The position numbers and the translations under genes are program-made. Shown in pieces: positions 26,043 through 44,599 of a stretch of DNA of 64,000 bases. Position 1 is the stretch's first letter, and every line of letters begins with the position of its first letter. This DNA comes from the human T2T-CHM13v2.0 reference genome, Homo sapiens. The stretch lies in the NCBI RefSeq assembly GCF_009914755.1, contig NC_060926.1; one strand, 5' to 3'. Below the pieces are notes generated by a model. The model made no database searches. It was not told the DNA's origin and saw only the letters and a list, made by a program, of their open reading frames with translations.

Positions 26043-26410
26043 TTTCTTCTACCAGATGTCCTCAGTCATCTCTCTCAATTTCAAAGTTCCATAAATCTAT
26101 AGGGCAGGGGCAAAATGCCACCAGTCTCTTTGCTAAAGCATAGCAAGAGTGACCTTTACGTCAGTTCCCAACAAGTTGTTCATCTCCATCTTGGACCTCC
26201 TCAGCCTGGACTTCACTGTCCAAGTCACTATCAGCAGTTTGGTCAAAGCCATTCAACAAGTCTCTAGGCAGTTCCAAACTTTCCCACATCTTCTGGTCTT
26301 CTTCTGAGTCCTCCCAACTGTTCCAAACTCTGCACATTACACAGTTCCAAAGTCACTTCCACATTCTCAGGTATCTTATAGCAATACTCCATTACCTCAG
26401 TATCAAAATA

Positions 26411-26972
26411 TGTATTAGTCATGATTCTCTAGAGGGATAGAGCTAATAGGATATATATATATATGAAGGGAGTTTATTAAGGAGAATTGAATCACACCAT
26501 CACAATTGAAGTCCTACAACAGGCTGTCTGCAAGATGAGGAGCAAGGAATCTAGTATTGGCTCAGTCCGAGTTCCAACACCTCAAAAGTAGGGAAACCGA
26601 CAGGCCAGCTTTGGGTCTCTGGATGAAGGCCTGAGAGCCCCTGGAAAACAACTGGAGTAAGTCCAAGAGTCCAAAAGCCAAAGAACCTGGCGTCTGATAT
26701 TTGAGTGCAGGAAGCATCCAGCATGGGAGAAAGATGAGGGCCAGTAGGCTCAGCAAGTCAGCTTCTCCTAACCTTCTTCTGCCTGCTTTATTCTAGCCAT
26801 GCTGGCAGCTGATAGTATGGTGCCCACCCACATTGAGGGTGGATCTGCCTTTCCCAGTCCACTAAATAAATGTTAATCTCCTTTGGCAACACCCTCACAG
26901 ACACAACCGGGAAAAACACTTTGGATCCTTCAATCCAATCAAGTTGACACTTACTTAATATTAACCTTCACA
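26411..26972 (-). mobile_element. MLT2A-type (ERV-L) LTR
   Basis: Minus strand TGTGAAGGTTAATATTAAG...TGTCAACTTGATTGGATTGAAGG...GACTAATACA. Confidence 0.82.
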
Positions 26973-27059
26973 ATGTAATATTCATCCCATTTGTAATTTT
27001 TCTTTAATATACAAGCTCATTGAGAACATGCACCATTTGATCTTGTCTCTCTGTTGTGT

Positions 27060-27300
27060 TGGGAGGCAGTGGAGAAGAGAAGAGTTAAATGTGTGGGTGT
27101 GGAGTGAGACTGTCAGATTTGCATCTTGGCTCCCCTACTTATTGGATCTCTGTCCTTGAGAAAATTACTTAACATCTTTCTAAGTTTCCTTACCTGTAAA
27201 TGAGTGGTGACATATATGGAACGTAGAACAAGAGCCAAGCAAGTATTCAATAAAAGCTAATGTTGTTGCCTACTGTTTATTCTCAGTGTTTGGCATAGTA
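27060..27300. mobile_element. MIR remnant
   Basis: Degenerate core: tgtccttgagaaaattacttaac...gtttccttacctgtaaatgag. Confidence 0.6.
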
Positions 27301-27320
27301 GCCGGCAAAAGGAAGAGGAA

Positions 27321-27645
<325 letters not shown>

Positions 27646-28224
27646 TAACAATATTTTTTGAAAGAATGACAGATACCAATCATGAAGGAACAGATTTTCA
27701 CAATTGAAAATAAAAAACTTTAACTTCTGAATGGTAAAAAGAGTGAGAAAATTAAAAGCCAAATTATAAATTGAAAAAACTAAAGTATATAAAACAAAGG
27801 TTTTCATTCTCAATTTAATGCAGAATCTTGACAAATCAAAAAGAACAAAAGGTGAACCCACATAAAAGAAATAGGCAAAAAACTTTCAAGAAAAGCAATT
27901 TACAAAATGCCAATGACTAATAAACATGGATATTTAACAACACTAATATTCAAAGTACTTCATTTATAGAGATCCCTCCTTCACCTATCAAATTAGCAAA
28001 GATGAAAAAGGTTAGTAATACCAAGTTTTGAAGAGAGGTGAGAGGAAATGACAAGTTTATGTGCCCTGGTAGGACATGATATTGTGGCAATGTGTTTCAG
28101 AACACTCATAAATGTATATACCTTTTAGATCAACAATTACACTTTTAAGCTTAAGAAAATATGAAGATTAGGTACAAATATTTCTCTGTATGTTCAACTA
28201 AGTATTATTTTTCTAATTAAAAAA

Positions 28225-28509
<285 letters not shown>

Positions 28510-28738
28510 TAATTTAAAAAATATTTTTATAGCAGCACAACTAAGTATTATTTTAATAGTAAATATTGGAGTTAACTTTAATTTTGAACAGGATAAGAAA
28601 TCATGATGCAGCACACTGAATACTCTTTCACTAAGCTAAACAACTATTAAAAATGATATACAAATACATTTACTGAAAAGAAACATGTTTGTGATATACA
28701 GTTAAGTGTAAAACAATTCAGGTTATAAGAACATATTA

Positions 28739-29053
<315 letters not shown>

Positions 29054-29087
29054 TCAATATTCACTGATTTTTATAAGAATATTTGAC

Positions 29088-29165
29088 AGAGAGAGAGGGG
29101 TAAGGGAAGGGAAGGGGGAGGAGAGGGGAAGGGAAGGGAAGGGAAGAAGGGAAGGGGAGGGAATG
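29088..29165 (+). repeat. GA-rich (GGGAA)n low-complexity tract
   Basis: Polypurine run. Confidence 0.85.
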
Positions 29166-29932
29166 GAATATGGGTGGATTTATATCAAAAGGTTCAGAAG
29201 GAAATGATTCTTTTCTCCTGGATGTGACTATTGCAGATTTTATTTTTAACTTTTCCTCTTTTTCTTATTTATTTATATTTTCTTATTTTAAGAGAAACTA
29301 TAAAACTATATATTACTTTTCAACTTAAAAATAGTTTAGCGCTTCAATAATACAGAAGACTCAAACATTGCAGATAATTAAAGCATTACTTAATGTGGAA
29401 ATGTTTAGTTTCACAATTTCTCTAGTAATATTCAAGACCAGATATCAACTTGGGAATCAGAACTGGTGCAGGATCTTGTCCTAACACAACCAAAAAGGCA
29501 TATGGCTGTCCCAGCTCTGTATGTTTATGTTGTCTTATAATACAGCAACCAGTTTTTTATTAGGATGGCCAAAAAGGCACATTTCAAAAATGCCTATTAA
29601 AATATTAGTAGTACATATAATACTGCTGCTTAATTTTTTCTAATGAGAACTGATAAAATTCAAAAGCAACATAAGCAGATAAATAGTAATAATATGGTTT
29701 ATCAAATTAATTGTCACATGATTATTAAAGTGAGATCATGTGTGTTAAGTAGTGGTATCTTAGGCCACTGAAATATCTTCCTTGGTCTGGAATGAGCTTC
29801 TATGGAGATTAAAAAGATGTTAAATTGAACAGTCTTGGTTAATAAATGAAGAAGCAAAGCCAGAAACCCTGTTTAAAGAACTAACAAAAAAGGTCATGAA
29901 TGATCTGGTGGTTGTTATATTTTCTTGTTTAC

Positions 29933-30108
29933 CCGAGGAGAAGACTATGCTCAAGCATGTATTGAATCCAGTGAGAGCCAGAATGTCATCCATACTGCTA
30001 GCAGCCATTAGTAAGGTTGGAATGTCTTTCTCAACACCATATCCATTTTCTTGCAACACCATCGTGTAAAGGACAACAACAGCAGGAGAGACAGCACCTA
30101 GAACAAAA
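29933..30108 (-). pseudogene. SLC9B1-like exon (~exon 7), 176 bp, acceptor AG>AA
   Basis: FVLGAVSPAVVVLYTMVLQENGYGVEKDIPTLLMAASSMDDILALTGFNTCLSIVFSS(G), including the NHA-family DD motif; preceded by tctttctttcAA instead of AG; donor gtaaac. Confidence 0.93.
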
Positions 30109-31249
30109 TTGAAAGAAAGAATGAAAATTAATTTAAAAGCATATTTTTAATCAAGTAGTGTTTTATAAGTACAAGTAGTTTATAATAAATTTATAACAAA
30201 CATTGTTTAGAAGAATTTCAAATTTGAGTGAATGCAATTTAATGGTGATAAAACTTTTCATGCATTGTTTAGTGCTGGCTAAAATTTTATACAGACATGG
30301 TTTAAAATGTTGGGCTGAGCACAGGTTGCAGCCTCTCCCTCTATTCCTAAATCCTTTGAAGTGAAGATGTAAAGGTAATAGAAAAATTCATAACCTAACT
30401 AGAAAGCAAAAGGTGAATCAATGGACAAGAAACTAAGTATATGCCAGAAAGATAAGAGACAGACAATTTAGCATTGAAAAAAGGAAACCATAAACCAAAA
30501 TGTGTGTAAATAAGATTGCCTCAAAAGATACATGTGCTTCTAAAAGTGGTCCAAGCCCTGAAATGACAGATGCTGGGAGCAGGGGAGACCTCTGGGGAAA
30601 CCAAATAGTTGATTATTTGGAGTACCACTGTAAGAATGGTCAGACAAATCTACCTTCCACACATTTCCTAGCTCTTGAATAAATAAGTAAGTAAGGAAGG
30701 AAGGAACAGAGCTGTCTGCCCAAAAAAACAAGTGTGGCCACCTAAGTTACAAAGGCAAATGAGAACATTTCTGGAGTGGTTGGTGACGCCCATGAGGAAT
30801 GGGGTGGCTCCTGCTCAGAATACCTTCTATTGGCATATCTTATCCAAAATTTCACCTCATCTCTTCTACATTTACTTTACAAAGCGTGAAGTATATCCTG
30901 TGTAGAACTGCTTTTGGTGCTTCTGCCAGAATCCATTTACCAGGTCAATGAACACATCTCCCAGTGCTTCTTGTTGGCTGCTAATATCTGCAGGTTTCTA
31001 AAACCCTTGTCCTGCTGACAAGCACCTACCTGGGAATACTAGGGAGGTTGTGCACCCCTCTACTTTTCCTCCAGACAGCATCTGTCAATGACGGACTGAT
31101 GTGAGAATTGCTTCTGGCTGTACAACTCTATGGCACAGTTTATGCTACAGATTTCCCTGTGGGCTCAAGAAGAGACTAGACTTCTCTAAGACCATGTACT
31201 GGTCTGGCTCAGTGGTTCCTGAACTCTGCTGAACATTGTAATCACCTGT

Positions 31250-31530
31250 TGTATTATTTTTCTCATTTTGCTTAACAAGTCATCCCTAAACATAGCAGCT
31301 TAAAACAACAAATATTTATTGTCTTATGACTTCTGTGGGTCAGGAATCTGGGCATGGCTTAGCTGTATGCCTTGACTTAAGATTTCCCATGAGGTAGGGT
31401 GGGGTGGAGAAGATCTGCTTCCAAGTTTACTCATGTAGCCATTGCAGGCTTCAGTTTTTTCCAGTGGGGTTTTCTCCACAGGGCTGCCTCAGGACATGGC
31501 AGCTGGCTTCCCCAGGAATAAGTGATCAAA
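31250..31530 (-). mobile_element. Old MLT1 LTR fragment
   Basis: cttaaaacaaca...ctgtgggtcaggaatctgggcatggcttagctg. Confidence 0.55.
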
Positions 31531-31651
31531 GAGAATTTAATCCACAATATCAATTAAAAACACAAAGTATCTAAGAACAAAACTGTGAAGACAGTCTATA
31601 TTTTTATAAAAACTGTGAATATAATAATATAATAATTAAGATAATAGCTGA

Positions 31652-31870
<219 letters not shown>

Positions 31871-32306
31871 TAATATAAAGATGTAATCTCTCCCCCAAAT
31901 GAATTAATCAGAGATACACCAATCAAAATCTTTGCAGGGATTTTTACTGAGCTTGACAATCTGATTATAAAATTCATTTGGAAGAATAAGATCTTAGAAT
32001 GAAAGATCAAGTAAACTTAAGAAAACAAGATGCTGTTTTTGTAAAGGTAAAATAGTTAAAACTGAATAATAGTGACATACAAATAGGCAAAATAAATTGG
32101 AAGAAAAGAGAATACAAAGTGTGGAAACAAATCTATGGGATTTGTTACATCATACAATTGGTATTTTAAATCAGTGGGAGAAAGAAAGAAATCGTTCACA
32201 AATGGTGTTGAGATAACTATTTATGTGGAAAGGAATATAGATAGATCCTTACACATAATAAATATTAAAAGCTCAAAAGGAAAAGTAGTAATAAGAAAAT
32301 GTAGTG

Positions 32307-32563
<257 letters not shown>

Positions 32564-34765
32564 GATGTAGAATAATATATTTGTGATCATGAGGTAAAAA
32601 GGACCTTTTGAATGATACATACAAAGGCATTAGACATAAAAAGAGATTTTGATACATTCAATTATATTAAAGTAGTACTTCAAAAGCAACTTCAAAAGTA
32701 CTATAATAAAGTACTACTTCAGAAACAATTCTGCTCTTTCTCCCCCTTTTTCTTTTTCATTTTCAAAATCAAGTGAACGGTGTTGTGTATTGGCAATTCT
32801 GTCTGTTGAAAATAACAAAATACACTTCTTAGAGTGAAAAAAATCATCACAAACAAAATTAAATATCTACTGATATTTGCAATACATATAATTTACAAAT
32901 GCATATAACAGATATAATTAATAAAGAAGACCAACTCAACAAAAAAATGGACAAAGGATATGAACAGGCTAGTTACAGATAAGGAAAAGCTGAAGGATAA
33001 CACATATATAAAAGATATTCAAGCTTGTGAATAATCACAGAAATGCAAATTAAAATAACAAAAATATGCCATTTTTTCAATTATCAGATTGGAAAACATT
33101 ATAAAATTTAATAATATCAAGGATTTGCAAGGATTTTCAAGAACAACAGGTATGCCGATAGGCTATTCGTATTAGGGCAAATTATAGTGGCCATACCGAA
33201 AGGATTATGGCAGTATACATCAAACTAAAAATGCATGTAACCCAGGTAACTATTCTAGACAAACTTATATTTATGTAAAAGGAGACAAATAAAATGCTAT
33301 TTTTGTTATAAAATTGTAAATAAAATCTGCTGTTGACATACAATGTAATCTTATACAATTAAAAGGAATAAACTACATGTGTATCCATCTTGAGATGGAT
33401 AAACCTCAAGACTATTGTTGAGTGAAAAGAACAAATTGTAAAGTAAAAGTTTCTTGGGTATAATTAAGTAGAAATGCACAAAATAATACTCTTTTTTTCT
33501 CTGCGTTCACAAATACATTTGTTAGAAGTCCAGAACATTATTTTTAAAGATCTAGAATGATAACATAAAACTCATGAAGATGCTGCCACTCTGTCTCCAG
33601 CGGCACATGAGTGCACCCCACAGCACCATTGCTCCGGCTGGCAGGTGCAAGTATGCAGAACACCCCCATCCCACTCCTGCCGGCACTGCACCCCTGCCAA
33701 CACAGGCATACCTGCTGTGTGCTGCTGCTGCTGACACATATGTGTGAGTGGGGACCTTGCTACCAATCACTACAATGAAGCACTTTGGCTGGCACACCCC
33801 ATCACAGTGTTGTTGCCAGTGGACTGGGAACACCTCAGTGCTTAACATTGAAGGGCCAGACAACAAATATGTGGGTATGGTACCAGCCTTGCAAAGTTAG
33901 AGCATGCAGTTCAAGAGTGCTGAGCTGAGCCTTTGCCCCCTGAAATCTTCCAGAAATGAAGTCATTTGACTGAAACTACCTTGTGCCACAGTCAAACCCT
34001 CAAGGGCATTAAAGAATATAAAAAAGGAAAAAACTCCATCCAAAGGACAGTAATTCAAAACCTTAAAGGAACCTTAGCCCACACAGATGTGAAAGAACCA
34101 GTGCAAGAACTCTGGCAATGTAAAAAGCCAGAATGTCTTCCTGTCTTCAAGCAATCATACTAACTCTCCAACAATGGTTGTTAACCAGGATTAAATGACA
34201 GACATAGATTTCAGAATCTGGATAGAAACAAAGGTCATTGAGATTCAGAAGAAAGTCAAAATCCAATCCAAATAATCTAAGGAATCCAATAAGATGACAT
34301 AAGAGCTGAAAGATGAAATAAGCATTTTAAGAAAGAACCAAACTAAACTGATAGAGCTGAAAAATGCACCTCAAGAATTTCATAATACAATAACAAGTAC
34401 TAACAGCAGAACGGACCAAGCTGAGGAAAGAATCTCAGATCTCAAAGACCACTTCTTTGAATCAACTCAGTCAGATGAAAATAAAGAACAAAAAAGAATG
34501 AACAAAACCTCTGAGAAATCTGAGATTATGTAAAGAGACCAACCATATGACTCAAGGCATCACTCAAAGAAAGGGAGAAAGAACAAGCAAGTTGGGAAAC
34601 ATATTTGAGGATACTGCCCACAAAAATTTCCCAAATCTTTCTAAAGAAGTCACCATTTAAATCCAGGAAATGCAGAGAATCCTGTGAGATACTATACAAG
34701 ATGACCATCCCCAAGACAGACGGTCATCAGATTCTCCAAGGTCAACATGAAATAAAAAAATATGA

Positions 34766-35204
<439 letters not shown>

Positions 35205-35233
35205 TTCAGCATTCTTAAAAAAAAAAAATACTT

Positions 35234-35559
<326 letters not shown>

Positions 35560-38500
35560 CTAAAGTTCATATGTGAAGGAGAAGTAAGATCCTTTTCAGA
35601 CAAACAAATGCTAACGGAATCTGTTACCACCAGACATGCCTTACAAGAGGTCCTTAAGGGAGTGCTAAGCGTGGAAGTGAAAGACTGTTAATGGCCACCA
35701 CAAAAATACATTTAAGTACATAGACCATTGACGTTGTAAAGTAACTACACAATCAAGTCTGCATAATAACCAGCTAACAACATAATGGCAGGACCAAAGC
35801 TGTAAATACCAATATTAACTGTGAATGTAAACAGTATAAATGCCCCGCTTAAAACTCACAGAATGGCAAGTTGGATAAAGAAGCAAAGCCCAACTCTATC
35901 TGTTGTCAAGAGACCCAGCTCATATGCAACAATACCCATTGGCTTGAAGTAAAAGGATGGAAAAAAATCTACCAAGCAAATGCAAAACAAAAAAGGGTAA
36001 GCATTGTTATTCTAATTCAGACAAAATAGACTTTAAACCAACAACAATCAAAAAGACAAAGAAGGGCACTACATAATGATAAAGGATTCAATTCAACAAG
36101 AAGACTTAACTGTCGGAAATATAAATGTGCTCAAAACTGGAGCATTCACATTCGTAAAACAAGTTCATAGAGACCTATAGAGAGACTTAGATAACCACAG
36201 AATAATAGTGGGAGACTTCAACATCTCACTGACGGTACTAGACAGATCATATAGACAGAAAATGAACAAAGATATTCAGGAATTGAAGTCAACACTTGGC
36301 TAAGTGGACCTAACAGCCATCTACAGAACACTCCACCCAACAACAGAATATATCTTCCTCTCATCTGTACATGGCATATATTGTAAAATTGATCACACTA
36401 TCAGTCTAAAATTATTTTATTAAAAGAAACCCCTGAAATCATGCCAACCACACTCTTGGACCGCTCAGTGTAACAAAAATAGTAGTCAACACTAAGAAGA
36501 ACTCGGAAAACCATACAATTACATGGAAATTAAACAACCTGTGCCTGAATGACTTTTAGGTAAACAATGAAATTAAGGCAGAAACCAATAAATTCTTTGA
36601 AACTAATTAAAACAAAGATACAACATTCTAGGCTCTCTAAGACACAGGCAAAGCAGTGTTAAGGGAAAAGATTATCATGCTAAATGCCCATATTGAAAAG
36701 TTAGAAGGATCTTAAATTAACAACCTAATATCATACCTAAAGGAAATAGAAAAACAAGAGGAAACAAACCCAAAGCTAGCAGAAGAAAATAAATAACCAA
36801 AATCAGAGCAGAATGGAATGAAATTGAGTCATGAAAAGCCATACAAAAGATAAATGAAACTAAAAGCTGGTTCTTCGAAAGAATAAATAAATTTGATAGG
36901 TCACTAGCTATACCAATAAGAAAAAAAAAAGAGAAGATACAAAAAACACAATCAGAAATGGTAAAGTGGACATTACTGCCAACCACACAGAAATACAAAA
37001 AACTCTCAGAGACTATGATGAACATGTTTATGCAAACAAAGTAGAACACCTACAAGAAATGGGTAAATTTCTGGAAACATACAACCTCCCAAGATTGAAT
37101 TAGGAAGAAATTGAAATCCTGAACAAACCAAAAATGAGTTCTGAAATTGAATGAGTAATAAAAAGTCTCTGAGCCAAAAAAAAAAAAAAAAAAAAAAAGC
37201 AAGCCTAGGACCCAACAGATTCACAGACAAATTCTACCGGAAGTGTAAAGAAGAGCTGGTACCAATGCTACTGAAATTATTCCAAAAAAATGAGGATGAA
37301 GGATCCCTCCCTAACTCATTTAATGAGGTCAGCATCATTCAGATATGAAAACCTGGCAGAGACACAACAAAAAAGAAAACTTCAGGACAGTTATCACTGA
37401 TTATCATAGATGCAAAAATCCTCAACAAAATACAAGCCAACTGAATCCAGCAGCATATCAAAAAGCTAGTCCACTATGATCAAGTGAGCTTTATCACTGG
37501 GATACAAGTTTGGTTCAAGATATACAAACCAATAAATGTGATTAATCATAAAATAGAACTAAAAATAAAAACATCCATTCATGATATAAACCCTCAACAA
37601 ATGAGTTACTGAAGGAACATACCTCAAAATAATTGGAGCCTTTTATGACAAACCCACAGCCAACTTCATACTGAATGGGAAAAAGCTGGAATATTCCCTT
37701 TGAGAACTGGAACAAGACAAGGATGCCCACTCTCACTACTCCTATTCAAGGTAATGCTGGATGTCCTAGCCAGTGCAATTCGGCAAGAGAAAGAAACACA
37801 GACATCTAAATAGGAAGAATGGAAGTCAAACTATGCCTCTTCATAGGTGAAACACTTTTATACCAAGAAAACCCCATAGTAGCCTCTCGAGAGCTCTCAG
37901 ATCTGACAAATGACTTCAGCAAAGTTTCAGGGTACAAAAATCAATGTACAAAAATCTGTAGCATTTCTGTACACCAACAACCTCCAAGCTGACAGCCAAA
38001 TCAAGAATGCAATCCCATTCACAGTAGCCACAAAAAAAAACTACAAAATACCTTGTAATACAGCTAAGCAGGGAGGTGAAAAATCTCTAAAATTAAAATT
38101 ACAAACGAGTGCTCAAAGAATCAGGGACAACAGAAACAAAAGGAAAACATTCCATGATCACAGATAAAAAGAAGCAATATTGTTAAAATGGCCATACTGT
38201 CTAAGGCTATTTACAGAGTCAATGCTATTCCTATCATACCATCAATGACATTTTTCACAGGATTAAAAAAAAAGCATTCTAAAATTCATTTGGAGCCAAA
38301 AAAAAAAAAAAAAGCCCGAATAGCCAAAGCAATCCTAAGCAAAAAGAACAAAGTCGAAAGTGTCACACTACCTGACTTCGAACTGTACTACAATGCTACA
38401 GTAAGCAAAACAGCATGGTTATGCTCAGCAAAAGAAATAATCAGCAGAGTAAAAAGACAACCTATAGAGTGGGAGAAAATCTTTACAAACTATGCATCCA

Positions 38501-39253
38501 GCAAAGTACTAATATCCAGAATCTATAAGGAACTCAAAAACAGACACAGACCAGTGGAACAGGTTACAGAACGCAGAAATAAAGCCGCACAGTTTTAGCC
38601 ATCTACTCTTCAACAAACTTGACAAAAACAAGCAATGGGGAAGGGAATCCCTACTTGGAAATTGTGCTGGGATAACTGGCTAGCCGTATGCAGAAAATTG
38701 AAACTGGATTCCATACGTTTCACCATTTACAAAAATCAACTCAAGGTAGATTAAAGACTTAAATGTAAAACCCAAAACTATAAAAACCCTGGAAGATAGC
38801 CTAAGAAATACCATTCTGGATACAGGCCATTCTGGACATATCCGAGGAAATTTCAATTCTGGAAAACACATTATGACAAAAATGCCAAAAACAATTGCAA
38901 CAAAAACAAAAATTGACAAATGGGACCTAGTTAAACTAAAGGGCTTCTGCACAGCAAAAGAAATCATCAACAAACAACCTATGGAATGGGATAAAATATT
39001 TGCAAACCATGCATTCGACAAAAGTCTAATATCCAGAATCCAAAAAGAACTTAGAAAAATCAACAAGCAAAAATCTAACAACCCCATTAAATGGGCAAAG
39101 GACAGGACAAGACAATTCTCAAAAGAAGACAAACACGTAGTCAACAAGTATACGGAAAAATATTCAACATCACTAATCATTAGAGAAATTCAAAACAAAA
39201 GTGCAATGAGAGATAACCTCACAGGAGGCAGAATGGCTATTATTAAAAAGTCA

Positions 39254-41890
<2,637 letters not shown>

Positions 41891-43115
41891 AAAGACATGA
41901 GATCAACCTAAATGCCCATCAATGGTGAACTGGATAAAGAAAATGTGTCACATATACACCATAGAATAATACACAGCCATAAGAAAGAACGAGATCATGT
42001 CCTTTGGAGCAACGTGGATGGAGTTGAGGCCATTATGCAAAGTGAATTAACGCAGAAACAGGAAACCAAATATCCCATATTCTCACTTATAAGTGGGAGC
42101 TAAACACTGAGTACACATGGACAGAAAGAAGGGAACAATCGTCACTAGGTGAATTTGAGGGTGGAGGGTGGAAGGAGGGGGAGAATAGAAAAACTACCTA
42201 TTGGGTATTATACTTACAACCTGGGTGACAAAATAATCTGCATACCAAACCCCTGTGCCATGCAATTTATCCATATAACAAGCCTGCTCATGTACCCCTT
42301 GAGCCAAAATAAAAATTGGAGAAGAAAAAAACTCCTAAGAGTTGTCACTTTGGGTAGAGTTATGGGCATTATGATTTGAAGGCATAGTTTAAGGTCATTC
42401 CTCCTTTATTTATAAAGTTCTAATTTTTAAAATAAAAGTGCCTTTGAGCATTTTATCATAAACATTAGTTTAAAAATTCACTGGATTTTGTAGTAACTAT
42501 GTAATGGATGAACTTTGCTATGAGTGTCACTGGAATGGATAAGCAGAGACAAAAGTTGCTGAATTAAGAAATGAAAAGGAGTTAGGATCTAGAGACAGTA
42601 GTTATAGACTTATTTTGAGGAATTCAAACATAAGACAAACGGATGGTAGATAAAGATGGATGGGGCATTGGATATACGGCAAGAGTTTTTGTTTGCTTGC
42701 TTTCTTTAAAATGGGAGAGTTTATATTTATACACCTATGTCTATATAAAATGTTTCTCAAATATATATACACATACATATATACGAAATGTGCAACTGTA
42801 TTTACATATAGCTATCAGGAAGAGGCCATTAGATAGATTAAAACATACAGATATGTTATAATACAGATGAAAAGGAATAAATTGATCACGTCAATTTTCT
42901 TGATGATAAACATTTAGGGGCTAGGAATGTTTGTTAAAAAAATTTCGTGCAATTTGGGACATGCTCTGCTTTTAATCAACTGCTTTCCAAGGATTTTAAC
43001 ACTGTGAAATGAATTTTAATAGAGCTTTTCTATACAATATTCTGAATATTTTAACAGTTTTAACCAAGCATCCTTAATTGAATATTTTCTTAAGAAAAAA
43101 TGAGAAAGAAATTAC

Positions 43116-43243
43116 CCTAATAGAATTGCCCATTGCCAGGGAAATTTCATAATGAAGTGGGAAGAAACAGCAGCTGCACTTGCCTCCATAAGGCATGGAC
43201 CTACAGCCAATCTGAAACAAACCACCTTCAAATGCCTCCAAGC
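43116..43243 (-). pseudogene. SLC9B1-like exon (~exon 6), 128 bp
   Basis: AWRHLKVVCFRLAVGPCLMEASAAAVSSHFIMKFPWQWAILL(G); AG/GT intact. Confidence 0.95.
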
Positions 43244-43991
43244 CTGAAACACAAAACAGTCACATTTGATACATTTACAATGGCCAACAAGAAAATTATT
43301 TTAACAAATGTTGGACTATAAAGTCTTTTTTCCTAAGAAGCTTTCACTAAACAAAATCTCATTTCAACAGATTGTCCCACTGGACTTCGAACTCTATTAT
43401 ATTTTATGTGTCATCATAGGTTGGATTATAAACAATTTCTTCTTTCATAAAATATTATTGTATTTTAATTATTAAAAGATCAATTTTACTGTGATTAAAT
43501 AGCTAATGCTACCTTCCTGAACTTTCCTAATACATAGTATAATAATAGTGTCCTAGTAGTGTTTTCCCATTAACTTTTTGATATGAACTGTTTGATTAAC
43601 TTAGTAAGTATAAATACAATACTAACATGCCAAAGAAACTAACTTAAAAATTGCATAATTCTTTTAAAAGGGAGAACTTTTCAATTTTCTCCTTGGTTCA
43701 TACTTTCTACTGGAGAATATAATCTCATTGGCTGTAATTATTTATGCTCTTGAGCTATTTCTATTAAACCACATTTGCCACATTTATTTGAGTGGCTGTC
43801 ATATTCATGAATAGTCATCTTCTTATAGATGGGATTTATGATCCCTGGGATGTAATACTTTAAGAAATGCTTTAAAAGATTAGATTTTACAATAATACAA
43901 AGATAATCAGGAACATAATCCTGTAGAGAAACCGTCATAAAAAATTACTGAAATCCTTAATCTCCCTAAAAAAAGAAAAAGAATTGTATAA

Positions 43992-44221
<230 letters not shown>

Positions 44222-44351
44222 TTTTTTTCTTTATCTTAGGGTTGTTTACAGACTCCACTTGGAACAGGTAAATGAAATTTTTCTTCTTTTTCTTTCTCAC
44301 CATCCTCTAATATTTGAAATAACCTTACTCGATTTGTAATTGTAAATCTAC

Positions 44352-44494
44352 CTGTGGATCGAGTCCAAGCCCAGCTCGTATTAGAATAATGTTAAGGGTA
44401 ATGCTTCTTAAAATTGAAGACCATGCGTTAGGAACATGGACATGTTCACTGATGAATGGAACATTCCTAATTGTAAAACCAGCCAGTTACATCC
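44352..44494 (-). pseudogene. SLC9B1-like exon (~exon 5), 143 bp, premature TAA
   Basis: (G)M*LAGFTIRNVPFISEHVHVPNAWSSILRSITLNIILIRAGLGLDPQ; stop at 44487-44489; AG/GT intact. Confidence 0.95.
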
Positions 44495-44599
44495 CTTAAA
44501 AGAAACAAAATAAACATACATGACAGTTCATTTTTCTGAGAAAGAAAACAGAAATATTTACTTTATTTTCTAATGCACTATGTCCCTCATTATTTTGGT

